Of a stretch of 64,000 bases of DNA, positions 1 through 13,000 are shown piece after piece. Positions within the stretch are counted from its first letter, which is position 1. Every line of letters begins with the position of its first letter. Below the pieces are notes generated by a model, which was not told the origin of the DNA, ran no database searches, and saw only the letters and a program-made list of their open reading frames with translations. Origin of the DNA: Cenococcum geophilum (lineage: Eukaryota); the NCBI GenBank assembly GCA_050273025.1, contig CP158635.1, positions 27,342,001 through 27,406,000 of the forward strand. Reading direction: 5' to 3'. Made by a program: the position numbers and the translations under genes.

Positions 1-3000
1 ATTAAGTAGGTCTATAGGGCATTTAAAGAGTATAAGTTTAACCCTTAATAGCGATAAGTATATATAGGCCTAACTAGCCCCCTTTCTTACGCCATACCCG
101 TACTTTAGATTGGAGTGGTAGATCTATTATTATTAAGGTGTTTAGACCATTTCTTATTCTTAGTGCGTCGTTAACCTAGCGTGTAGCGTAGATACGGCGC
201 ACCTCCTTTATTACCTTATAGATAGCCTCAGCTTATTATATAACAGATAGAGATAGTAGAGAATTATTAGTTATTTAAGGGTAGGCGCTAAAGACTAGCA
301 ATATAGGTATAAGCCTATCTAGGCTAGCGGAATCGTTAATAGCCTTAACAGCTATCTATAAGATAAGCTCTTTACTAGCGCCCTCTAGTTCTAAAGAAAT
401 AATCTTATATACTTAGCGTAATGGCGTGTAATATTATTCTACTTTTCTAATATTATTATATGCCTTAATAGGGACTTCCTTAACCTTAATTTCCATTACC
501 TTTACCTATTGCCAAAACTCTATAAATAAGAAGTTCCTTCCTACGTCGTAAATAACTTAATTAGGGGGTCTTAGGTAGATATTAATCTAGTATAATTAAA
601 GAGTATCCTATGCGTTCCTAGCTAATATATTCTTTAAGAAGCGTGCGGCTTAGAAGGAGGTTAAGGAGTTAATAACTTAGAGTACTGGCTTGCCGCTAAG
701 ATATATAATATTAATAATAATACAGAAGTTAAAGTTATAGTTATCTTTAAGGGTAAACTTAAATCGGCTAGGGGACTTCTAGTTTATTTAGTAGTAATAG
801 CAGTACTTTATAAGATGCTTAATTATTTTAACCTTAACTTTATAACCTGCTCGCTAAAGAACCCTAAGCAGTTAGTAAATGGATAGGTAGCTAAAACAAC
901 GGTATAGTTAACGTAGCTTTAACTCGGTTAAGTGGCTTTAAGTAATACTCCTTTCTGGCTATTAAAGGAGTAACTAAGGGTAACCCTACTTGCGTATAAC
1001 GGGTACCCAATTATCTCCCTAAACGAGCATATTCTTAAGGTTATCGAGCTTAACACCTAATTTATTTATATTTTGGATGTAGAATAGAAATAGGGTATTT
1101 ATAGGAATAATATGGAAAGTAATATATCCTAACGGGGTTTAGACCTTAATTATACTAAGAGAGATTGTAATATCCTTACTAAAGCAAATTGTATGTTAGC
1201 CTACCGTTAATTAGTTAATCTAAACAGAGCTATTAAGCTGCTAAAGAGCTTAAACTTAAGGTTCTCCTACTGTTGATACTCCTATGGCTCTAGTATCTAG
1301 TATAATACTATAAAAGACGTTTACTAAGTATCTATTATTAAAGGAGAATACGGAACTCTCCTTTAGCTTATTAAAGATATTTAACTTTGTAATAGAATAA
1401 AGCGTAGATTAGTTATTAAGGACAGCGATGGTTTATATACTATTTACCTTACTATACTTAGTAAAGTATTAGTTAAGAGAGTAGTCCTTAATTTCTATAT
1501 CTATAAGGAGCTGTTTGGCCTTATTAACCTTACCCTTAAGATCTTCTTCGCCTTTATATTAAACCAGGAAGCTTTAAAAGTAGGCTAGAGTAACCTCTTA
1601 GTTTTTGACGTTTTATGCGCTCTAGCGAAACTTATTATATGCCTCCTTTCGTCTATTAAGGGGGTGCCTAGTTAACTAGTAATTTAGCTTCTTATAAACG
1701 TAGTACTTCTTTTAACAATTGCTCCGAAATAAACCTCCATAATTACCTCATGGTTGACGTTAATTGTACCCTCTACTATATCCCCTACCACGGCTACTAT
1801 ATATTTAGTCGGTCCAGCCATAATTATATTAATTAGCCAGGTCGGTTGGAGTAGGTTAGGGTTAGATGTTAAATTGCTATACTTCTTAAGAGCGCAGAGC
1901 GGTGCTAATAGAGGATCTTAATTAAGTATATACTCCTTTATAAGTATTTATAGGATTAAAGAGAGCAAGATTGTATTCTTTAACACCTTAGTATACGCTA
2001 ATAATTTAATTACGTAGGCTAAAGTCCTTTTAATATAATTTAAATAAACTATACTAAATTATCTAAAGTTAATTAAAGAGCTTTTAGAGATAATTAAGTT
2101 AAGAGACATCTAGGTTTATCGCAATAATCCTTAAGAAGGTAGTCTCTCTCTACTCCAATATATACTGCTGCTTATTCTCCTCTGTTTTAAAGTAGCATCT
2201 TATCTTATATATTATTTGGTTAAAATTATATCATTTTCCTACCAAATAATTATAATAGAAGGTACTAGCGCGGCCCTTAAGTATAATGAAATAGGCGTTA
2301 TAATATTAGTTAGGTTCTAGTTTAACCTTTTAGCCACAGTTATAGAAGATATACAGCTTTAAATTAAGGATATTATATAGTTCCTCGTTAAACCTCTTCT
2401 CCTGGTCTAAATAGAGCTTCGTAAGCTCTATAAGCATTTTTAAGGTACCTCTAAGCGGTGTTAGGCCACGTTAAAATTATATTAGAAATTAAGGTGGGAA
2501 TTGCTTTATAGGCTATAGTAGAAATATAGATCTTAATGGAATACGGCGTAGTACCTAATCTTACTATAATAGAGTTTAAAGGTTATTAAATCGCGAAGCA
2601 AGGGGATCTTGCGCTTACTCTTATTTAGTAATTAAAGTTATAGGTTAAATTAGTAGATCCTAGGAAGCTAAAAATAATGGAAGCAATAGATATGGAATAT
2701 AAAAACTCGTGCCTAGAGCAATAGAATTTAAACGTGTCTCTATTAGTATATCATTCGGATTCCATTATAAGTTAAGCTTCTTTATAGTGCGTAGTTGGTG
2801 CTTAATCTCTTATAGAGTCCATTCGTGCTCTTCTTTTACGTTAATAACTTACTCCTAAATATTATCTCTAATAGCGCTTCCATCTATAGGGATAAATACT
2901 CTATTCTCTTAAAGGAAGTTACAGAAGTCTTATATAATAAGCTTATTCGCAAAAGCCTATATTTCCTTTATCCATCTAATAAAGTCCTCCTTTATGCAAT

Positions 3001-3698
3001 ACCATAGCATAGTATTGTTGTATTTACTGTCTATATAGTATACCATATGGTATAATAAGAATCCATTTAGGTCCTTTTACTTGGCATTTATAGGGTTAAT
3101 GTCTTTATTCTATATCTTTAGGTTAATATCTTCCTCATACTTCTTTGGGTAGGTTAACGCCATAATAGGTTAAAGGTAGGTAGGGTTTTCGGTTTTATAG
3201 AATCTTATAGGTTTGCTGTTAAGAGGTAGGCAATTTAAGATATTATTTAACGCGTTTCGGACGTTAACTTAGGACCTTAAGTTTAGTAACACTTCTAACC
3301 TAAAGTACTTAACCAAATCTTCGTAAACGTAGTTGTTCTACGTAATAGACGCAATTTAGTATCTCCCAGTACTCAGTAACACTTCTATTACTGGTTTTCC
3401 GCAAGTTTAAGGGAGTATAGTATCGCCGGGATCCATTCTATATAAGCGTATATAGCACCCCTACACGAGACTGTCTCTTCTATTAATAACCTTACTATTC
3501 TATAGTTAACTATATATTTAACCACTAATTAGTATTAGTAATATAGGGTAACTCCCTCACCAGTACTACTCGAGTAGATACAGTAATGTTGTTAATAATA
3601 CTTAATTGTATAGAATTAAGGAAGGGCGAAGAGCTTAAGGCTCCTCGCCACGCTAGTGCCGCGACGACACGTGACGACCGCTTACCTTATTCCCGACA
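1..3698 (-). mobile_element. Copia-1 (gag subtype a) LTR retrotransposon, 5' half; runs off the left window edge; inserted in Gypsy-A(+)
   Basis: 5' LTR 3533-3698 (TATTAG..CCGACA). Minus-strand RIP-degraded protease motif (I-M-P-D-T-G-A, ~1270-1305) and integrase L-H-R-R-F-G-H-P (~885-920). Colinear with 60118-63803. Confidence 0.93.
3533..3698 (-). repeat. Copia-1 5' LTR (166 bp)
   Basis: Similar to LTRs at 56796, 57715 and 63631; TG(TA)...CA ends; adjacent ACTAATTAGT palindrome at 3524-3533. Confidence 0.9.
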
Positions 3699-4054
3699 AT
3701 AATAGTCCCAAATTCTAAACCCTTATAATTTAAGATACTTAAATTTATATATAATTCCCCTATAGTAGGGCATTCTAGCTATATAAAGACCTATAAGATT
3801 ATTTAATAAGTATATTACTAGCCTATAATATATAACTATATATAAAAATACATTTAAGTATATAAAATATATATACGTAGGAAGACCTCTTATATAAAAA
3901 AGTAAGAAGTATTTTAACTATTACTAATTTTAATATAAAGATAGCAAGATATTTTAATTAACTTTATAGTTAACCTACCTAACAGTAATAGGTTTATAAA
4001 TATTATAATAGTTATTAACTATTTTATAAAAATATAATATATAATTCTTATAGA

Positions 4055-7000
4055 ACACGATGCAATCGCCTACTAAAGAAACCCTTAAAATAAGCCTAAT
4101 AGAGCTTCTACGAGCTTTAGAAGACTATAGAAACCCTTCCTATTAATATCACACACCATAATTCGGCGTTAGTGGAGGTATACGTGGTGTTTTCTAGTAT
4201 ATAGCCCCTAAAGCCGGATCACAACAAATAAATAAGCCCTTACCCCCAACCCTAACAACCCTAATTAAATAACACGCCCTTTAAGAACGCGTCCTATAGA
4301 CTATATAAGCCGTAGAATAAACCTAGCAGGCGCTATAGAAACGATCTCTTAATGTAGATAAGGAGCGTACTACTATGCTCTCCTTCCTTATTACCGCGAT
4401 TACGACCCTCTGGGTAGCCTTTGCTATGTTAGCGGAGCTTACCTAGACTTAAGGAACCCAGGAATAGTATGCCTAAGATATAAAAGCAATTCGGATAGAT
4501 ATTAGCGCCCTCTAAAGGGCCGTAATAATGGCTATAAAGAGCAGACCGGCGTCTACAGGCCCGCTGTTATACATATACGCCGCTGCCACTATACCTATAA
4601 TGCCCTAAGCTATAAGATAAGCTGCCTATAAACCTATAGAAGTAAACAAGATTATAATTTGTATAGGTGACGCTGCTAACTATAAGGAAACCTTAAAGTA
4701 GAATAGCTAAGCCCTAGTATATAAGCTCTAGGCCGTAGGACCCCTAAATACCTATAAGATATAAGCCATAAAGAAGCTATAGAGTGGCAACGTTAGGGCA
4801 TATATTATAGATAAAGACATAAAAAATAGATTGCTATAAGAAATAGGGTAGATAAAGGTCCTAGGGCGCTCTACTATATTAGCCGTACTGCCAGTACTAG
4901 TAGAGGTCTACGTAGTGCCTATAAGCCTTACTATTTAGGGCCTAGAGGCTAAGTAAATAATAGAGGACATAATTAAGCAGAACTGCACTATAGCGGGACT
5001 TATAGTAGAAAGGCTGGCGTAAAAAAGGCCAGAAAAAGTCCAGACGGGAGAAAAAGTTTAATTGTTACTTATTATGGGCGTATAGTCGGAAGAGATAGTA
5101 AATGCGCTATTTAATTAGGGCCTCTTCCTAGGAGGAGACTACTACCTAGTTATAAGGCATGAGACGACATTTCTAGTAACACAATGCTTTAAATACTAGG
5201 GCTTTAACCATATAGCTAAGAGCTATAGGAGAGAGGCTAGATGTAAACGCTACGCTAGGCAATATAACACTAGCGAGTGCGTAGGAGATCTACCTAAGAA
5301 GTGTATTAACTATAAGGCAAACTATAAGGCATAGAATAGGGCGTGCGGCGTTAAGCGGACGCAGTAGGAGAAAGCTGTAGCAATTAGGGCCTTTACGCTA
5401 ATACACTATATAGGCACCTATAAGGCGCCCATAAGCGGATAGTAATCACAATTATAGTACGAGATTACTACTAAAGAGGCCTCGTAACAAACTAAGAAAA
5501 GGAAGCTAAAGAAAACAACTACGCGGGAAAGCTTTATATAGGCAGAGGAGGCCCCCCAAAAGGTTGGCCGACCGTGGATTATTAACTACTCTAGAAAGAA
5601 AAAGGGCTAGAGAACCCTCTAATTAACACTTTAAATAGCGCTAAATAGTAGTATATACGCCCTAATCTAAGTCCTAGCAACTTAGGAGCCCCTATAAAGT
5701 ATAGAGCCTAATATAAAAGTAAAAGCAGAAGCCTAAATCTAGAGAGAGGCGTTTAGAGGTTCTAAAACTACGTTATAAGGGAGTAAATAAACGCCGAAGG
5801 GTACCGACTTAGCTAACTTAGAGGCTAGCATAAATATCTTATATTAAGACACTGGAATCCGCTTATAATTATATAGTATAATACTAATAATAGTAGGAAC
5901 GGCGTACTGCTCTACTTCCTATAAAAGGTGGAGTAGGCTAACCCCTAGCTGGATATACTAGCTATTTAGGAGCCGTAGCGGAAGAATTAAGGAAATATAA
6001 TATATACTATAAAGTTCTACTACCTAGTATATACGGGAGTCGGTAATATAAGGGTCTGTTTCTATATAAATAAGGCCATTAATATAAATAAGTAGGTGCC
6101 TATATACTACTTAGCAGACGTATATATAATTAAACTAAAGGGCCGCGAGCGGACTATTTAGATTTATAATATTTATAACCCCTAATAGATAAATAGTAGC
6201 CTCCGCGTATTACCGAAGCTGCTAAAAGCTAAAGGAGAATATATACTGTTAGGAGACTTTAACCTACACTACCCCTTCTAGGGGGGTATAGTAGTAATAA
6301 GCGCAGATAATGTAGCGGATGACCTTATCCGCGCTATAAAGGCAGCTAGCCTAAGCCTAGCTACTAAGGTGGGCATAGAGACGTGGGTAAAAGGTATATT
6401 AAGGAGCACGCTAGATCTAGTATTTACCTCCCCTTAGATTATTAACAGACTACTATAGAGTCAAAGGTAGGACTGCTAGCATATAGGGTCCAACTACTTC
6501 CCTATTACTATAGAGGTAGATATAAAGGCGCTAAAGGGGCCTCTATTACCTAGGAGACCACTATAGAAGAAGGCTAATTAAAAGGTAGTATAAAATAAAC
6601 TAAAGGGCCGGCTTTAACCCCTATATAGGTTCCCGTACGACATAAAAGACAAACTAGATATACTAGTAGAGGATATATACTAGGCGATTAAAAATATTAT
6701 AGTAAAGATAATACTTAGCACGCGGCCCTTGCCGTAAGCCTTTAAAGCGTAGTTAGAGGAATATATGGAGGTAGTAAAGGAAACCCGGCAGGCTTTTTAG
6801 GCGTAAAAGGCCTCCTAGTTAGTACCTAATTAGATTAACTACAGAGTTATATATAATAAAAAGAAAAGGGTAATTTAGTAAGAGGCTAATAAGCTAATAA
6901 ACGACCCTAAGGGAGTGTAGAGGTTAATAAAATAGGCGCGTATAGCGGACGGGAAGCCAAAGGCCCTACTATAGTTCCCTTTTATTAGTAGATTAGGAGA

Positions 7001-9873
7001 AGAGACCCTATACTATAATAATAAGGAGAAGGCCGCTATCCTTATAAAGCTTTTTTTTTCCCGCTGCCTATAGAGGCGGACCTTAGTAATATACTAGGTT
7101 TTATATACCTAGAGCTAAGAACTATAAAGGAAGAAGTTAAAAAGGAGAACATTATTATAGCCCTAAAGAGGCTTGCCCCTAATAAGGCCTTAGGCTTAAA
7201 GAAGATTACTAATTAATTCCTTAAAATATATGGAGAGTAGCTAGCCCTAGTACTAGCTAAGCTCTTTAGCAGCTGTATAGTAATTAGATACTACCTAAAA
7301 CCATTTAAAAACTCTATTATAGTAGTCCTTTAGAAACCGCAGAAGCCGTCCTACTCTACGGTAAAGGCCTACCGGCCGATTACGCTACTTAACACTATTA
7401 GGAAGCTACTTAAGAGAATAGTAACTAGTAGGTTATTTAAAATTGCGAAAGAGATGGGTATACTACTAGCTAGCTAGATAGAAGTAAGGCTAGGGCGCTT
7501 AATATAAACAGCGCTAAAACTACTAACTTAATAGGTATATATAGTATAGAGGAGTAACCTAAACCTAGTAGCATTACTGCTTAGCCTTAATATTTCTAGG
7601 GCTTTTAACTAAGTCTTCTATAAAAGACTAATCTATAATATAAAAGCCTAGGCCGTACCCTACTAGATAGTAAAGTTTATAAAGTCCTTCCTTAATAACT
7701 AAATAATAAGGCTCTTAATCGGAGGATATATAGCGTAAATAATATAGACAAACACTAGCATACCCTAAGGCTTAGCGTTATTGCCAATCTTATTCCTTTT
7801 CTTTACCTATACGCTCTTGCCGGAGCTATAAGGGGGCACTACTACAGCATTTAGGTTCGTTAATGACTTTAATATACTAATATATAGTAAAACTATGGAG
7901 GAGAACTATAGAGCCCTAAAAAGGGCGCATAAAAAATATATAAAGTAGGCACGCCGGTATAGGGTAGTGTTCGCCCTAAAAAAGTACCACCTTATCTATT
8001 TTATAAAAAGCTATAAAAAGTTTAATATAAAGGCCATAGTTAATATATGTAGATTTATAGAAGGCCTAGTTAGTAACCTACGCGTACTAAGGGTATAAGT
8101 TAACTTAAAGCTTAAATAGGGACTATATATTAACATCGTTAAGACAAAAATGGTTATGTAAATGGCCGCACTAACTCGGCTCACAGCCTCTATATAGGGC
8201 GCCTTCTTTTAGAAGGCGCGGATAATATACTCCACTATAGTCTGGCCGGTAATCTTATATAGATATAGCACCTAGTACTCACTACTAAAGTAGGCAAAGC
8301 CTAAGGAGATAAGTAAAGCTAAGCTATACTAATTAGGTATAGCGTAAAACCTATACCTCTGTACTATTACGGGGGCGTATAAATTAACGCTAATAGTAGT
8401 GCTAGAGTACAAGACGGGGTTTCCGCCGCTTTAGATATACCTAGAGGAGCTAGCTATAGCCTACATAAAGAGAATATAGGAGGGGTAGGTAAGAGAACAT
8501 ATTAAAAGGGAGTGTAATACTATATAAACTATAATAGCTTATTAGCTCCGACCTAGAATAAGGCCACTAATGCGGCCTACTAGAAGGGATAAGCTTAAGA
8601 GGATAGCGGCTACTATTATAGGGATAGATATACAGCTAGTAGACCTATCTAAAGCATAATATAGGAAGAATAGAAGGGCTAGGGTATAAGAGGCGTTTAA
8701 AAAGCAGTAGAAAAAGGAGTAGGAAAAGTACTAGAGTATACTTACGTACCGCATAACGGCCTAGGCCGAATTATAGAATAAGAAGGTCTATAAACGCTAC
8801 GTAAAGCTTACTAAGATAGAGAGTATAATTAATACGCTACTTAGAATAGAGTATATAGGGCTTAATAGATACCTCTACTACTAGAAAGTACTAGGGTACC
8901 TAACTCTAGCCTGCCTATACGGCTATAACTAACAATTAATAATATACGTAATAGTATTTTACCCTAGGCACACCGCTGGTTAGGTAGAAATATATTACCG
9001 CGCTGGAATATCCTTATATAGAGAGCTCCTAGCTAAGCTAAAGGCTGCTAAGGTAGTTATGGACTAGTTTATATAAATAAACCTCCTACTATACCTCTTA
9101 CTAGCTAGGGAGCTAGCTAGGGTAAAAAGAAGAGGCTAGGAAGTACCTTAAGAAGAGGAGGATAGTAGAGTACGGTAAAGTATGGCAAATTACGGCAATG
9201 TTACGGCAATCTGCCGAATATAGTAGAATACTTAGGTGTGGCAGAATCTGGTAGAATTTAGTATAACTTAGTAAGCTAGTAGAACCTAGTAGAACTTAAC
9301 AAGTTAGTAAAAGTTAGTAGAATGTAATAAGTTGGCAGAATATAGTAGAATATAGTAAGCTAGTAGAAATTAGCAGAAATTAGCAAGCTAGCAAAATTTG
9401 GTAGAATTTAGTAGAACTTAGTAAGTTGGCAGAACTTAGTAGAATTTAGCAAATTAGTAGAACTTAGCAGAACTTAATAGAATTTAGTAGGTAATACGCC
9501 CTAGTACTATTATAGCTATAGAGCTATAGAGCTGTGTATAGACTTCTACACTACTAGCCTTATGGGCTATTAGCCCTTGCCCTACCTAGATAACTAAATT
9601 AACTAGGACGGAACTTAGGCCCTAGCTATATACCCTACTAAACGGACCTATAAGTACGTATTAAGATGGCTTTTCTATAGCGCCTTAAGGAGACGTCTAC
9701 TTATGCTTAGCAGCTACTATTTAGAAGAGAGGCTATATAGGCCGCATAATAGTAGAAGGAGAGGTTTTATCCGGCTATAGCTATACGGTTTCCCTTTTAT
9801 ATATATATACCTATATAGACTCGCTATATAGACCCTAATGGGAGCTGCAACAGCGTAATTGAATATCTTATCT
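4055..9873 (+). mobile_element. LINE-1: near full-length Tad-like non-LTR retrotransposon (ORF1 with CCHC knuckles; ORF2 APE endonuclease-RT-CCHC), RIP-inactivated
   Basis: 15-bp TSD TATAATTCTTATAGA at 4040-4054 and 9874-9888. Zn knuckles ~5180-5330; L-L-G-D-F-N-L-H-H-P ~6245; G-I-P-Q-G-S-A-L-S-P-I-L-F ~7758; G-F-V-D-D ~7855; C-P-C-G..H..C ~8910-8965. Short ATCTT-type tail. Confidence 0.95.
9180..9500 (+). repeat. Degenerate 9-10 bp minisatellite in the LINE-1 3' UTR (TTAGTAGAA / TTGGCAGAA / TAGCAAG units)
   Basis: About 30 alternating short units visible directly downstream of the ORF2 end. Confidence 0.85.
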
Positions 9874-10099
9874 TATAATTCTTATAGACTTAATTAATAT
9901 AATATTAGTAGCTAAATATTTTATTAAATATATCTTTAAGCTATATAGACTTCCTAATTTAATAATATCTAATTATAAAAGCTAGTTTATTTTAGACTTC
10001 TAGTAAGCCTTATATAAATAATTAAGTATATAAATATAACTTTTAACTATATTTTATTTAGAGATAGATAGTTAAACTAAAATTATAAATATAATTATA

Positions 10100-13000
10100 A
10101 TGGGGAAAGGAGCTCTTGCTACACCCGGCCTAAAAAGACCAAAACTAACTAAAAGAACCCTGAAAAACACCTAGAGAATCCCCCTAAGATGCATGCATCG
10201 TAGGGGAGGTACACGTTAAACGACGGTGGCTCGCACTCGCGCGCGACTGCTAAAACTACGCCTAGCAATAGCCCTCTATAATAAAGATAGGCGAATACCA
10301 CACTATAAAGCGGAAATACCTCTATTAAGAAGGTATCTAATAAAATATAAAGCCTATTGGACGCGTCTAATATCTAGAATTATAGGGGAGTAACCGTTAG
10401 CTATAATAAACTAATATAGCTAGCAAAATAGCTCCGCTAGTCTAGCGAACCTTAGGCGCCCCTCTAGTAAACCCTTAATTAAATCCTCTAACGGCTAAGT
10501 AAAATTAAAAATAAGTATAACCCCCCCTTACCGGCGAACCGCACCTAGGCCGCTATAGCTACGCTTTTACAGCATAGGGAACTTACCCCCCTTAAGTTAA
10601 TAACTGGGTATATAATTATAATATAACTAAATATAGAATAAGTAGAGGGGCTTAGGGAATAATTAGAAATAGAAGTCCTTATAAAGATACGCAAAGAGGT
10701 CCATAACGCTATTATAGTCTAACACCTTAAGAGCGGAGATATTAGAGTTACCCTAAAGGACTAATAGGTAAAGAAATGAGCCGTAAGGGTAGGGGATAGG
10801 CTAGGAGAACGTATTAGTATAAAAGTACTCTATAAGGATTACCTAGTTAAAGTCCTAGCGGTTTCTATAAGCTTTAGGGTAGAAAAGGGACGCTAGGTAG
10901 ATAATACAGCAATTATATAGAAGATAGTAAGATAAACGGAACGCCTTATACTAGGACTTAAAATTACCTAAATCTAATAGCTTTAATAGGAAAATGTAAA
11001 CTAAGTATATAATAAGAATAATAAGAGGATATAAGGGTTGTTAGAGACTCGCTAGGGAGACGCCGAACGAACGTATGGCTCCCTTATTGTTAGCATATAT
11101 ATACTAGGAATATAAAAACTCCTTATCCAAAAAGGAATAATTATAAATGGCCTTATATATAATATAAGGCTTTATAACTACAGACTACGCCTAAAATAAT
11201 ACTATCGCTATATATAATGGGGACACACCTAATCTATATACGCAGTATAGGTGTGCTACGGCCACTATATAGGCCCCTATAATATAAGACATTACTTAAA
11301 TTAAGACTAAATAAAATGCGCGAACTACCACCGAAGCACATATAAGGCGTAGGAGAGAGAAAACTATATTAAATATAGGAGATAGAAGGTAAGGGCTTAA
11401 TAGCTACGGGAATAACTGTACGCTAGGTTATATAAATAGAAATAATAGGCGATAAGCTAGGGGGACGTAGGCGCCTTCCTAGCGTTTCCTACCTTTAACA
11501 CTAGAGGGCTAGGCTAGCCATCCCAAGCCTTAATAGGCTAGAAGTAATACCGCGTAATATTACTAGACTAATTAGGGATATAAGGGTTATAGGGGATATA
11601 AGGAAGAGGACGCCCCGTAGGAAGACCCCTATAGATAGCAATAGTAGGCTTAAGACTAGGACAATTAAGAATTAGACTTAATGCGGTAAATATAATATTC
11701 GTAGCCGACCTATAAAGGGTATATAGCCAACTAGTAAGAATAGGGGAAGAACCGGTAATAATAATAGATTTAGATATAGAAGCGCTAATAGGAATATAAG
11801 ATATGGGAATAGAAAGCTCTATATAAAATAAGTAGTAACTAGGGTGTAGATATAAGAGATAAAAGCTCTAAATATCCTAGAGAAAGTAAAAATAGAAGAA
11901 GTGAGGAACGAAGGAGAGTTAAAGGACCCTCGCTAGGGGTCCGCCACCTATCTATTATATAGTATAACTACAGCAATACAAACTACCGCCTTATAAGGCC
12001 CCTACTAGACAGTCTAGACCTAAAGAAATATTATATCCTTACTATATAAGAACCGTATTATAATACCTTTATATAATTAATATACTACCCCTAAGGATTC
12101 CAGCTCCTATATAAACTAAAAGCAGCTATACGCGTGTGCTTTATAATTAGTAAGGCTATTAGCCTATCCTTATAGTTATAGCAGGCAGTTAACCTAGATA
12201 TTATAGTTATAATAATCTAAATATATAGGGGACTGGTATAAATTATTAATGTATATAACCCTAGGGTTAAAAAGGTCCCATAAATAGAGAATATTATATT
12301 AGTAATAAGCTTACTAAAAACTAAAGGTATAAAGTTTATCCTACTAGAAGATATAAACCTCTACTACCTACGGTAGGGGAGTATCTATATTGCTGTATAT
12401 TAACAGTTAGAGTGCCTACTAAGAGCTATAGATATCTGGGGCCTTAAGCTAGCTACCCCCCTAGGAGCAATTATATAGTAATAAGGCACCACTAAAAGTA
12501 TAATTGACCTTATATTTATAGACAAAGGCCTATACCAGAGACTTAAAAGGTGTAACCCTAAAGAAGAATAGGCACTTACCCTAGACTATATCCCTATCTA
12601 AATATAGCTAGACCTAGATACTAAAGCGCAACTAAATAGAAAAAGATATATAATAAGGAAGCTTAAGATAGACAGTTTCCTTAATATAGTTAAATAATAA
12701 CTTTAAGACCTAAAAGAAATCCACCTAATACCAAACGAGTAAGGCTTATTAGCCACCCCTAAGGAAATTAACCGAAGACTAGAAAGGATCTAGGCAGCGA
12801 TTAAAAATAGGCTAAAAGAGCACTGCCCGATCTCAAAACTGGGCCTCTATGCGCGATACGCATAGTCTATATAATGCATAGTTCTGGTTACCAGCTAATA
12901 ACGAGTAAGAAGGAAATATATAAGTAGCTATAACCCTAAAGATGAGAGACAATACAAAGATATAAAAAACTAGCTAAAGAATACCCTAAAAAAAGAAGTA

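Noticed and set aside
2825..3007. Recurrent ~60-aa ORF family (2825, 54297, 62897; also 19966, 61586)
   Set aside because: Antisense frames of Copia-1 gag/pol, similar only because the elements are paralogous.
6880..6910. Possible small internal deletion in LINE-1 ORF2 at GCTAATAA repeats
   Set aside because: No second LINE-1 copy in the window to compare, so it cannot be supported.
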